Notes: a model not told the origin generated them from the sequence alone. A DNA stretch of 64,000 nucleotides from Candidatus Nanoarchaeia archaeon (GCA_035288805.1 DATDZG010000023.1:15669-79668), one strand, 5' to 3'; positions 17,449-27,041 are shown, counted from the first letter of the stretch. Numbers and translations are program-made.

Positions 17449-19797
17449 ATGAAAAAGCTGGCTGCATTATTATTTATATTAATTCTATTATTCTCTCCAA
17501 TTACAATTGCCGAGGAAACAGCAACAGAACCAGCATCCGGCGGGGGAGGAGGTTCTTCATCAAGCGATTCTAGCTCAGAGTCTCCAGCACCATCAGATTC
17601 AGGCTCGTCAAGCGATTCCGGTTCAACATCATCAGATTCAGGTTCATCATCAGAACCAACAAGCCCTACTCCAACTTCTGACAGTGGAACAACAGATACA
17701 GTTACTCCTCCATCATCAGGCGGTGGTGGAGAAGGAGGAGGAATCATAGAACAGCCTTACCAAGAACCAATCAAAGAACCCTATCAACAGCCTCAAAATA
17801 CTTGTCCTCCTGACAAATCCTGCAGAAGTGGAGAAGAATGTGTTCCTTGCCCAGATCAACAGCAAAAACAACAACCCTATCAACAGCAACCAGGACAACC
17901 CCCTCAACCTCCTCAAAATAGATGCCCTTCAGATAGAGCATGCATGAAAGGGGAAGAATGTGTTCCCTGCCCAGGGCAAGGACAGCAATTTCAAAATATT
18001 CCTCCAGGATGTCATGTAGAACAAGGAGAATTCGGACAGTTTATCAAATGCGAACAAGATAAAAGATATGAAGAAGAAAAAAGAAAAGGGGAAGAAGATT
18101 GCAGAGTTCATAATGGGAAATTCATAATCCGTCCAGGCACTACAGCTTGGGAATGCATCCCTCAAAGCCAAGGAGGATTTTTCAATCAAGGACAATGTCC
18201 AGGACCAGAGCAATTAAAGCAGATAGAAACACAATGCACATCCTCACAAGGAAGAGTTGAGCATTTCCGGGATAGAAATGGGTGTGAAATATCAAGTTGC
18301 ATGCAGGAATTCTCCCAAGGGCAAGGGAGTGAGGAAGAAAAAATAAAATTCATGGCTCTAAGTTGCGAAGGACAAGGTGGTCAATTTACATTTAATGAGC
18401 AAGGCCCTAATTGCGTCGGAGGACAGCAGCAGATAAGAATAAACCAGGATTTAAAACCCTTAAATGGGATTGAGTTATTAAAAATAGCATTAGAGATGGA
18501 AAATCTCATTCAAACATTCAACAACATTCATGATAAACTAACAAGCTTACAATCATACTACCAAGAAAAAGGTGATGAAGAAAAAGCAGCATCATTCGCA
18601 GCAGCAGCCTCACAATTAGAAGGAGCAATGAACAGATTAGATGAAATCAGAGCAGGATTAGCAGAGAATGCTGATTCATTCGAAGAACAGGAAAGAATAA
18701 GTGTCTTAGAAGACATTCAAAAGATTAATTCAATTATAAAAGATGTTGCTGTAATATTATTAACAGGCGGAAAATCAAAGAGAGCAGCAACAGAGAGATT
18801 TGAACAGCGCAGTGGAAAGCAGGAATTTGAAAATGAGTTCCCAGAAGAAGGTGAAGATGTCTTCCAGGCATTCCAAAACTGCCAAGATTTCTCAAAAGAT
18901 GCGCCATTTAAGTTCAGCCCAGAAAAAGGGGTCAATGTCAGATTAGAAGGTTTGGATGATGGAAAATGTGTTATGATAGTAAATCCTCCAGGATTCGAAG
19001 GTGAAGTTACATTCAAGATTCCATCAGGAGTCTATCAATTCTTTGATGGTCCTCAATCACTATTAAGAGAAGATGTGGAATGCTCTCCCTCAGCAGCATG
19101 TGAGATGATGAAGCAGTTTATCCAAAGTGAAGACCAGAATAAAGGAAATGCTCAACAGAATCAACAAAGATTTGGTGAAGAAGAAAAACAAAGAGAGTTT
19201 AAAGAAGGAGAATTTCAAGACTTCCAAAGTCCAGAATTCCCACAGCCTAGAGGGAGATTCGAACAAAACTCTGGCGAATTAAGACCATCACAATGTGAAG
19301 GTGCTGAATTAAGTAATGAAGAATGTGCAAAATGGACTATCGAAACAAACTCTTTAGAAAAAATACCTCAATGCAAAGGCTTAACAGAAGAACAGTGTAT
19401 CAAGCTGTTAAAAAATTCTTGGGACAGAGCATTTGAAAGTAAAGGATTTAATCCTGCTCAAAGAGAATTCCCTCAGCAATACTCACAATATCAACCAAGC
19501 AGTGGTGGAGGCATGGGCCAAGGTGGAGGTTATAACCAATACTCACAAAACACAGGTCCAAATAATTTCAACAATCAGCAAGGTTACCAAGATAACTATC
19601 AAACAGCAAGACCAGCAGTAAGTGCAAAAGCAGGATTCTGCGGAGATGGAACTATTGCCCCAAGCTTAGGTGAAGAATGTGACGACAGAAATAACAGAGA
19701 TGGTGATGGGTGCTCAACAAGCTGTAAGGTTGAACAACAACCAGTAGCAATAGCAAATGTAATAAAAGAATTTGGAAATTTTATGAGGGGTGAATGA
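17449..19797 (+). CDS. Secreted Ser/Gln/Cys-rich protein with C-terminal Myxococcus Cys-rich (DUF4215) repeat
   Basis: SD GAGGTG; signal peptide; two CP.D..C..GEECVPCP repeats; CGDG..GEECDD.N..DGDGCS..C. Confidence 0.85.
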   Translation: MKKLAALLFILILLFSPITIAEETATEPASGGGGGSSSSDSSSESPAPSDSGSSSDSGSTSSDSGSSSEPTSPTPTSDSGTTDTVTPPSSGGGGEGGGIIEQPYQEPIKEPYQQPQNTCPPDKSCRSGEECVPCPDQQQKQQPYQQQPGQPPQPPQNRCPSDRACMKGEECVPCPGQGQQFQNIPPGCHVEQGEFGQFIKCEQDKRYEEEKRKGEEDCRVHNGKFIIRPGTTAWECIPQSQGGFFNQGQCPGPEQLKQIETQCTSSQGRVEHFRDRNGCEISSCMQEFSQGQGSEEEKIKFMALSCEGQGGQFTFNEQGPNCVGGQQQIRINQDLKPLNGIELLKIALEMENLIQTFNNIHDKLTSLQSYYQEKGDEEKAASFAAAASQLEGAMNRLDEIRAGLAENADSFEEQERISVLEDIQKINSIIKDVAVILLTGGKSKRAATERFEQRSGKQEFENEFPEEGEDVFQAFQNCQDFSKDAPFKFSPEKGVNVRLEGLDDGKCVMIVNPPGFEGEVTFKIPSGVYQFFDGPQSLLREDVECSPSAACEMMKQFIQSEDQNKGNAQQNQQRFGEEEKQREFKEGEFQDFQSPEFPQPRGRFEQNSGELRPSQCEGAELSNEECAKWTIETNSLEKIPQCKGLTEEQCIKLLKNSWDRAFESKGFNPAQREFPQQYSQYQPSSGGGMGQGGGYNQYSQNTGPNNFNNQQGYQDNYQTARPAVSAKAGFCGDGTIAPSLGEECDDRNNRDGDGCSTSCKVEQQPVAIANVIKEFGNFMRGE

Positions 19798-19798
19798 G

Positions 19799-19999
19799 AT
19801 GAAAAAGGAAGGTAAAATAATAATTTGCTTGATTTTACTAAGTTTAGTGATACTAACAATAACTAGCTGTGGGATTGTAGGAGATAAAGCAACAAAAATC
19901 AAAACAGATGAGCAGGCAAAAGCAACAGTAATGAACTTAACAGGAGATTTAGACAACTTAGATTCAAGCTTAAATAGTTTAAATGATAAATTAAGCTAA
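19799..19999 (+). CDS. Small putative lipoprotein
   Basis: MKKEGK, hydrophobic stretch, ITSC lipobox. Confidence 0.65.
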   Translation: MKKEGKIIICLILLSLVILTITSCGIVGDKATKIKTDEQAKATVMNLTGDLDNLDSSLNSLNDKLS

Positions 20000-20037
20000 G
20001 CAGATATTTTATATACTTTAATAAATCTTAAACAAAC

Positions 20038-20967
20038 ATGCCCCGCAAATTAATCGTTCTAGCATTAGGTGGTAATGCCTTAATTAAAGACACAGATAAA
20101 CCTTCTTTAGAAATCCAATTTAAAAACGCATCAGAAGTTGTCAAAGATATTCTAAACCTAGCAAAGAACAACAACATAATAATAACCCACGGCAACGGCC
20201 CCCAGGTAGGCAACATCTTACTCCAAGTAGAATCAGCAGCAGGGGTTGCATATCGAGTTCCTTTAGAAGTTTGCGTTGCAGAATCCCAGGGAGAAATAGG
20301 CTATATCATAGAACAAACTCTTCGCAATTATAACAAAAAAGCTCCAGTCATCAGCATCTTAACCCAAGTTCTTGTCTCAAAAAAAGACCCTGCATTCAAA
20401 AACCCAACAAAGTTCATAGGCCCTTTTTATAATCAATTTCATGCCCATGAATTATCAGAAAAAGGATTCACAATCAAGCAAGACGGCAACCGAGGATATA
20501 GAAGAGTTGTTCCCTCCCCTCAGCCATTAAAAATTTTAGAATCAACAGCAATCCTTTCTTTAGTCAAAAACCATAATATTGCAATAGCAGCAGGCGGAGG
20601 AGGAATCCCAGTTATCCAGGAAAATGGAAAATTAAAAGGTATAGAAGCTGTTATCGATAAAGACCTAGCATCTTCCTGCCTCGCAATCTCAATCAAAGCT
20701 AATTACCTAATCTTATTAACAAACATCCCTCAGGTTTATATAAATTTCAACAAACCAAATCAGCAAGCCTTATCAAAAGTAAACCTAAAAGAAATCAAGC
20801 AGTACTACAAAGAATCCCAGTTTCCCCCAGGAAGCATGGGCCCAAAAATTCAATCAGCAATCCAGTTCTTAGAAAAAAACAAAAAAGGAAAAGTCATCAT
20901 CACAGATTTCAAAACTCTAGATAAAGCATTACAAGGCAAAGCAGGAACAATAATTACAAAAGATTAA
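20038..20967 (+). CDS. arcC: Carbamate kinase
   Basis: ALGGNAL, THGNGPQVG, PTKFIG, RRVVPSP, VIDKD, GSMGPKI. Confidence 0.96.
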   Translation: MPRKLIVLALGGNALIKDTDKPSLEIQFKNASEVVKDILNLAKNNNIIITHGNGPQVGNILLQVESAAGVAYRVPLEVCVAESQGEIGYIIEQTLRNYNKKAPVISILTQVLVSKKDPAFKNPTKFIGPFYNQFHAHELSEKGFTIKQDGNRGYRRVVPSPQPLKILESTAILSLVKNHNIAIAAGGGGIPVIQENGKLKGIEAVIDKDLASSCLAISIKANYLILLTNIPQVYINFNKPNQQALSKVNLKEIKQYYKESQFPPGSMGPKIQSAIQFLEKNKKGKVIITDFKTLDKALQGKAGTIITKD

Positions 20968-20997
20968 TATACTCATAAAATATTCAAAAGAGTAGAG

Positions 20998-22326
20998 GTG
21001 GTAAACATAGAAGAACAAGAATTAAGAGTTCTCATATTAGGAGCAGGTGGAAGAGATTTTCACAATTTCCTTGCATACTTTAGAGATAATCCAGCATTCA
21101 GAGTAATGGGATTCACAGCAGAACAAATTCCAGGAATAGACAAAAGAAAATTCCCAAAAGAATTAGCAGGACCAAGATACAAATCAGACATCCCAATCTT
21201 CTTAGAAACAGAACTCCCAAAAGTTATTCAAAACCTAAAAATAGATTACGCATATTTATGCTACTCAGATTTATCACATCAAGAGGTAGGAGACAAAGCC
21301 TCAATAGTCCTGGCTAATGGAGCTAATTTCGGACTATTAGGTCCAAGAGATACCCAATTGAAATCAAAACTCCCTGTAATCTCAGTGTGCGCAGTAAGAA
21401 CAGGCTGTGGAAAATCAAGAGTAACAAGAAAAATTGCTTTGTATTTAAAAAGAAAAGGCCATAAAGTCGTGGTCATAAGGCATCCAATGCCATACGGAGA
21501 CCTAAAAAAGCAGGAAGTTCAAAAGTTCTACACATATGAAGACCTAGACAAAGCCAATTGCACTTTAGAAGAAAGAGAGGAATACGAACATCACTTAAGG
21601 CAAAATATCCCTGTATTCGCAGGAGTAAACTATCAAAAAATAATGGAAGAAGCTGAAAAAGAGGCCGATGTTATTTTATGGGATGGAGGGAATAACGATT
21701 TCCCATTCATCAAACCAAATCTGCATTTAGTATTAGTAGACCCAAGAAGACCCGGACATGGTTTAAGCTATTATCCTGGAGAAGTTAACTTAAGGCTCGC
21801 TGACATGGTTATAGTCAACCAAATGTACGGTGTAGATGAGCCTCAAATGAAAGTTGTTGAAGAAAACACAAGATTGGTTAATAAAAATGCCAAAATAATA
21901 AGGGTAAAATCTCTTGTCTTAGTTCAGGAGCCAGAATTAATCCAGGGGAAAAATGTCCTTATCGTAGGAGACGGCCCAACCCTAACCCATGGTGGAATGC
22001 CAACAGGAGTAGGAACAGCAGCTGCAATAAAATACAATGCAAAATCCATTGTTGACCCCCGACCTTTTGCAGTCGGCTCAATAAAAGACACATTTGAAAA
22101 GTTCCCTCATCTAAAAGATGCAATCCCTGCAATGGGCTATAGCAAACAACAATTAAAAGAGCTTGAAAAGTCAATCAACAAAACTCCGTGCGATTTAATC
22201 ATAGACTCCACCCCGGGAGACATAGGGAAGTTAATGAAAATAAAGAAAAAAATGATCTACACAAGCTACGATATGGATGAAAACGACATGCTGCCAGTAT
22301 TCAAAGCAATTGACAAGTTAGTATGA
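20998..22326 (+). CDS. arcE: Arginine synthetase ArcE-like P-loop protein (often annotated GTPase or cDPG synthetase-like)
   Basis: GAGGRDFHNF, AVRTGCGKS, RHPMPYGDL, EEREEYE, WDGGNND, DGPTLTHGG; lies between arcC and OTC. Confidence 0.78.
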   Translation: MVNIEEQELRVLILGAGGRDFHNFLAYFRDNPAFRVMGFTAEQIPGIDKRKFPKELAGPRYKSDIPIFLETELPKVIQNLKIDYAYLCYSDLSHQEVGDKASIVLANGANFGLLGPRDTQLKSKLPVISVCAVRTGCGKSRVTRKIALYLKRKGHKVVVIRHPMPYGDLKKQEVQKFYTYEDLDKANCTLEEREEYEHHLRQNIPVFAGVNYQKIMEEAEKEADVILWDGGNNDFPFIKPNLHLVLVDPRRPGHGLSYYPGEVNLRLADMVIVNQMYGVDEPQMKVVEENTRLVNKNAKIIRVKSLVLVQEPELIQGKNVLIVGDGPTLTHGGMPTGVGTAAAIKYNAKSIVDPRPFAVGSIKDTFEKFPHLKDAIPAMGYSKQQLKELEKSINKTPCDLIIDSTPGDIGKLMKIKKKMIYTSYDMDENDMLPVFKAIDKLV

Positions 22327-23252
22327 AAAGAATTCTTTCAATAACCAGGAAAAAGAAAAAATCCAGAAGCCTAATCTCATTAAAAGACCTCTCAAAAGAA
22401 GAAATTCTCGCAATAATCAACTTGGCATCAAAAATAAAAAAATATCCCTCCCGTTATAGCAATAAATTAAAAGGCCAGTCATTATTGATGATGTTTGCCA
22501 AGCCTTCTTTAAGAACCCATTTATCTTTTGAAGTTGCCATGTATCAATTAGGAGGACATCCAATCTATTATTCAATGTCAGATTCTGTTCTAGGAAAGAA
22601 AGAGTCTATTAAAGATGCAGCAAGAGTCATGTCACGCTACGTAAACATTATCATGGCTCGTTTATTTGAGCACAAAGAAATGGAAGAATTATCAAAATAC
22701 TCAAACATCCCTGTAATCAACCATGCCTCAGTTCCCGTTATTTCAGGCTTAGACAATTTTGAGCATCCATGCCAGGTTCTTGGAGACCTGCTAACAATAA
22801 AAGAGCATAAAAAGAAATTAGAAAACATAACAATAACCTACATCGGTGATTCAAACAACAATGTAACAAACTCTTTAATCTTTGCTTGCGATAAACTCAA
22901 CATCAAACTTCAAATTATCTGCCCAAAACAAATGGAGCCAAAAGTTTCAGGCAAGTATTCTTTATCACATAATCCTCAAGACACAAAAGGAGATATTCTT
23001 TACACAGATTCCTGGTTCTCTTATCACATCCCAGAATCAGAATACGAATCAAGAAAGCAAATATTACATCCATACCAGGTTACAAAGCAATTATTGAAGA
23101 ACGCTTTATTCATGCATTGCCTTCCTGCTCAAAGAGGTATGGAAGTTACAGATGATGTTATGGATTCTCAGCAAGCAATCATCTACGATCAGGCCGAAAA
23201 CAGATTGCACATTGAAAAGGCCATCTTATTGTGGTGTATGGGAAAAGCTTAA
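22323..23252 (+). CDS. arcB: Ornithine carbamoyltransferase
   Basis: KPSLRT, HPCQ, DSWFSYH, HCLP, QAENRLH. Confidence 0.9.
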   Translation: MKRILSITRKKKKSRSLISLKDLSKEEILAIINLASKIKKYPSRYSNKLKGQSLLMMFAKPSLRTHLSFEVAMYQLGGHPIYYSMSDSVLGKKESIKDAARVMSRYVNIIMARLFEHKEMEELSKYSNIPVINHASVPVISGLDNFEHPCQVLGDLLTIKEHKKKLENITITYIGDSNNNVTNSLIFACDKLNIKLQIICPKQMEPKVSGKYSLSHNPQDTKGDILYTDSWFSYHIPESEYESRKQILHPYQVTKQLLKNALFMHCLPAQRGMEVTDDVMDSQQAIIYDQAENRLHIEKAILLWCMGKA

Positions 23253-23276
23253 ATTCCAGAGAAGTTTCTCATCAAG

Positions 23277-23387
23277 ATGTCATCAGACCCAGACAGAAGA
23301 AAATCAAAGAACGACAAGAGAGCAAAAGGCCGATTTAAACTCTACAAACACGGTGGAAAATACAGGTCAACAGACATCAAAGGATAG
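23277..23387 (+). CDS. 36-aa basic small protein
   Basis: MSSDPDRRKSKNDKRAKGRFKLYKHGGKYRSTDIKG; cttaaat box at about 23248; next ATG 1 nt after stop. Confidence 0.55.
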   Translation: MSSDPDRRKSKNDKRAKGRFKLYKHGGKYRSTDIKG

Positions 23388-23388
23388 T

Positions 23389-23769
23389 ATGGACACTCAA
23401 CAAGTAATCAAAAAGTCAATCATAGAATTTCTCCCCACTATTTTAATGATAGCCCTCATTCCCATATTCTGGAATGATTACATTTTAACCGGGATTTACG
23501 CAGTTGCCATAATACTCTTATTCCTAGCAAAAAGAGAAAGAAAAGAAATAACTATTTTCATCTCTTCAGCAATAATCATAACCTTCTTTGAATACATCTT
23601 TGTAATGACAGGAGTTGAAATCTTCCAAAGACATACTCTTCTTGGAGTAATGCCCCTCTGGCTCCCTCTACTCTGGGGATACGCAATGGTGGCAGCAAAA
23701 AGATTCCTCTTATATGTTAACTCTCATAAAGAAGAAGCCCTAACCTTAAAAATAAAAAGAACGCATTAA
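23389..23769 (+). CDS. Small membrane protein (DUF2878-like)
   Basis: Four hydrophobic segments, E..F..G..F..P.WLP.LWG. Confidence 0.7.
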   Translation: MDTQQVIKKSIIEFLPTILMIALIPIFWNDYILTGIYAVAIILLFLAKRERKEITIFISSAIIITFFEYIFVMTGVEIFQRHTLLGVMPLWLPLLWGYAMVAAKRFLLYVNSHKEEALTLKIKRTH

Positions 23770-23819
23770 CACAAACATTTAAATAAACTTCAACATTAAC
23801 AAAATCAAGGTGATACGAA

Positions 23820-24836
23820 ATTAAACTTCTTGAAAAATTAAGCAATATATTCGGTCCTTCTGGAAATGAAAGCAATGTAAGAAAATTAATAGAGAAAAAA
23901 ATAAAACCTTATGTTGACGAAGTAAGAATCAACAAACTAGGAAATCTTGTTGCCCATAAAAAAGGTAAAGGAAAAACAGTAATGCTTGCAGCCCATATGG
24001 ATGAAATAGGCTTAATGATAAAACGCATAGATGACAATGGGTTCATAAGAATCTCTTTAATCGGAGGAATTGAACCAATAACTCTTGTAGGCCAGGCAGT
24101 AAAACTCATAAGACAAGACGGAACATCAATCTGCAATGGAGTAGTCACAATGGGTGAAATCCATGATGATTCAGAAATAAAAAATCCTCCAAAAGTAGAA
24201 TTCCTTTACGTGGATACAGGATTAACAAAGAAAGAATTAGCAAAAAAAGGGATTGATATAGGCACTTATATTGTTCCAGACCACAGGTTCAGGCATTTAG
24301 GAAAAAAAGAAATCATCTCAGGCAAAGCATTGGACGACAGGATTGGCTGTTACCTGTTAATCAAGATTGCTGAAAAATTAAAAAATTACAGAGGTTTAGA
24401 TATCTACTACGTATTCACGGTTCAAGAAGAAATAGGATTATACGGTGCAAAAACATCTGTCTACGAAATAAGCCCTGATTGGGGAATAGCAGTTGACGTT
24501 ACAGTAGCAACAGACTCAGATATTCAGCGAGGTCCTAGATTAGGCACAGGTCCATATCTTACAGTAAAAGATTCTGAAATAATAGCCAACCCAAAAATAG
24601 ACGACCATATCAAAGCATTGGCAAAAAAGCATAAAATAAATCTAAACTTGGAGGTTCTTGATTATGGAACAACAGACGCAACAAACATCATGCTTTCAGG
24701 AGGGGGGGTTCCATCAACAATTTTCGGTGTAGCTGTAAGGAATATTCACACATCAATAGGTGTTGCTCATTATGATGATATTCAGCAGGCAATAAAATTA
24801 GCAGTAATAATCTTAAAGAATCCTCCAAAATTATGA
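23820..24836 (+). CDS. M42 (TET) aminopeptidase; apparent ATT start
   Basis: LLEKLSNIFGPSGNE, AHMDEIG, KALDDRIG, QEEIG, AVD, RNIH; frame open back to TGA at 23811. Confidence 0.9.
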   Translation: MKLLEKLSNIFGPSGNESNVRKLIEKKIKPYVDEVRINKLGNLVAHKKGKGKTVMLAAHMDEIGLMIKRIDDNGFIRISLIGGIEPITLVGQAVKLIRQDGTSICNGVVTMGEIHDDSEIKNPPKVEFLYVDTGLTKKELAKKGIDIGTYIVPDHRFRHLGKKEIISGKALDDRIGCYLLIKIAEKLKNYRGLDIYYVFTVQEEIGLYGAKTSVYEISPDWGIAVDVTVATDSDIQRGPRLGTGPYLTVKDSEIIANPKIDDHIKALAKKHKINLNLEVLDYGTTDATNIMLSGGGVPSTIFGVAVRNIHTSIGVAHYDDIQQAIKLAVIILKNPPKL

Positions 24837-25166
24837 GTAATTTTTTCTTTTAGTAACATGAGAAGCAACCGATTGTCCAACAAATTTTAAAGCCTCATAA
24901 GGAAGCTCTAAAGCATAAACCCCTCTTCTCTTTCCAGATGTATTAATTCTTGTTCCAGCAAGTAAAGCATCCAAAGTAGCAAGTATAGCATAATCAGGAT
25001 GAAAATAAGCAAAAGCACCGCAAGCAACAATCTCAGCAGCAGCACTTAAATTTACCCCACTTCTAGGATTATAACCTGGAACAGTTCTCTCCAAAAACTC
25101 CTGCTCTGGTAGGAATCCAAGAAAAGTATGAGTTACCCAATCCTTCCCTTCAAGCTCTCTTTCCAT
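24831..25166 (-). CDS. Hypothetical protein
   Basis: ATG 25166 about 24 nt from tttataaa. Confidence 0.55.
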   Translation of the reverse strand: MERELEGKDWVTHTFLGFLPEQEFLERTVPGYNPRSGVNLSAAAEIVACGAFAYFHPDYAILATLDALLAGTRINTSGKRRGVYALELPYEALKFVGQSVASHVTKRKNYS

Positions 25167-25200
25167 AAAAAAGAGCAAAACAAAGAAGTTTATAAATGAA

Positions 25201-25292
25201 CCTTTTTCTTTAAAAAAGAAAAACCTTCAGGAAATGTTCAACGAAAGTTGAACAGTAGTTCAAGTTCCATGAACCTTGAACTAAAAAGAAAG
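25201..25292 (-). repeat. Double-hairpin repeat B nested in repeat D
   Basis: tgttcaac-gaaa-gttgaaca-gt-agttcaag-ttccatgaac-cttgaact at 25235-25282; inverse copy at 37418-37464. Confidence 0.8.
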
Positions 25293-25482
25293 TAATTTAA
25301 AAGAACCCATCTCTATCTTTAGTATAAAAATACTCAAAAATTTCTTTTGAGAAATGCAAGACCCCTTTAAGTTTTTAGAGGGATGTATTAAATGTCATCG
25401 ACGTTTTGGGGATACAGGATACTTTGTTTTCTTTTATGGATACAAAGTTTTTTCTTTTCCTAAAAGAAAAAAGGTTGTCTAG

Positions 25483-25569
25483 GGGCCCGTAGTTTAGCCT
25501 GGATAGAATTTTCGGCTTCGGCTGTGAAGAAGAAACCGGAAGAGGGGGGTTCAAATCCTCCCGGGCTCA
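25483..25569 (+). tRNA. tRNA-Arg(UCG) with 13-nt intron at 37/38 (25522-25534)
   Basis: Acceptor GGGCCCG/CGGGCTC, anticodon arm TTCGG-CT-TCG-G..A-CCGGA, T-arm GGGGG-TTCAAAT-CCTCC; CTTC pairs with intron GAAG forming a BHB; CCA not encoded. Confidence 0.92.
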
Positions 25570-25607
25570 TTCCAAAAATTTAAATAGAAACCAACCAATC
25601 AACAATC

Positions 25608-27041
25608 ATGGCAAAAGACCAGGGAATAACAATGAAAAAAGACCAGGATGTTTCTGAATGGTACACGCAAGTTGTAATCAAGTCAGGCTTAATTGATTAT
25701 TCAGGAGTCTCTGGTTGTTATGTATTAAAACCTTTATCATATCAAATCTGGGAGAAAATCCAAAAAGAGTTTGATAAAAAGATTAAGAAGAAAGGCGTAA
25801 AAAATTGTTATTTCCCATTACTCATCCCAGAATCGTTATTAAAACGCGAGCAGCAACATATAGCAGGTTTCGAGCCAGAAGTTGCCTACGTTACCCAAGC
25901 AGGTTCAACAAAATTAGATGAAAGGTTAGCAATCAGACCAACTTCAGAAACTATCATGTACGATAGCTATAGTAAATGGATTCGCTCTCATCGCGATTTG
26001 CCTTTAAAACTCAACCAGTGGAATAATGTTGTTAGATGGGAATTCAAACATCCGCAGCCATTTCTACGCTCAAGAGAATTCCTATGGCAGGAAGGTCACA
26101 CTGTATTCGCAACAAAAGAAGAAGCAGAAGCTGAAGTCTTGGACATTTTAAACGAATATTCATTAATCTGTGAAAAACTCTTAGCAATCCCCGTTATCAA
26201 AGGGAAAAAATCAGAAAAAGAAAAATTCGCAGGAGCAGAATTTACAACATCAATAGAAACGATTCTTCCAAATGGAAAAGCAATCCAGGCAGGCACATCG
26301 CATTATCTAGGAACAAACTTCTCAAAAGCATTTGGCATCACCTTTCTGGATAAACAAGAAAAAAAGCAATTTGCCCATCAAAATTCATGGGGAATCTCAA
26401 CTAGGTTAATAGGTATCATGGTGTTAATGCACTCAGATGACTCAGGACTCGTTCTACCACCATCAGTTGCTGAAAACCAAGTAGTCATAATCCCGATAGC
26501 ATTTGAAAAAGACGAACAAGTATTAAAAGAGGCTAAAAAGCTAGAAGAAAGCTTAAAAAAATTCAATCCAATCCTAGACCTAAGAACAGAATATTCTGCA
26601 GGGTGGAAATTCTCAGAGTGGGAATTAAAAGGAATTCCAATAAGAATTGAAATAGGCCCAAAAGACCTGGAGAATAAGCAGGCAGTAATTATAACAAGGC
26701 ATAATAAGCAAAAAACACCTGTCAAATTAGCAATAATAGAAAAAGCAGTTCAATCTTCTCTTGACCAAATGCAGGAAGATATGTTTGAAAAAGCCCAGTT
26801 AATCCTAAAACATTCAATAAGAGAAACAAGAACAAAGCAAGACCTATTATCTGCAATAGAGGACAAAAAGCTTGCTTTAACCCCTTGGTGCAACACTCTA
26901 GAATGCGAAGAAAAAATAAAAGAAATCAATGGAATAAAATCAATCAACATTCCTTTTGATTATCAAAAAAACATTTCTGGCAATTGTCCGTTCTGCAATA
27001 AGCCGGCAACCTGCAGAGCATTATTTGGCAAATCGTATTAA
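25608..27041 (+). CDS. proS: Proline-tRNA ligase, archaeal/eukaryotic type
   Basis: IRPTSET, QWNNVVRWE, FLRSREFLWQEGHT, QAGTSH, C-terminal Zn site, ends KSY. Confidence 0.96.
   Translation: MAKDQGITMKKDQDVSEWYTQVVIKSGLIDYSGVSGCYVLKPLSYQIWEKIQKEFDKKIKKKGVKNCYFPLLIPESLLKREQQHIAGFEPEVAYVTQAGSTKLDERLAIRPTSETIMYDSYSKWIRSHRDLPLKLNQWNNVVRWEFKHPQPFLRSREFLWQEGHTVFATKEEAEAEVLDILNEYSLICEKLLAIPVIKGKKSEKEKFAGAEFTTSIETILPNGKAIQAGTSHYLGTNFSKAFGITFLDKQEKKQFAHQNSWGISTRLIGIMVLMHSDDSGLVLPPSVAENQVVIIPIAFEKDEQVLKEAKKLEESLKKFNPILDLRTEYSAGWKFSEWELKGIPIRIEIGPKDLENKQAVIITRHNKQKTPVKLAIIEKAVQSSLDQMQEDMFEKAQLILKHSIRETRTKQDLLSAIEDKKLALTPWCNTLECEEKIKEINGIKSINIPFDYQKNISGNCPFCNKPATCRALFGKSY

Noticed and set aside
23152..23388. 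N-terminal extension of the 205-aa ORF
   Set aside because: Overlaps OTC and the 36-aa ORF; the membrane protein more plausibly starts at 23389
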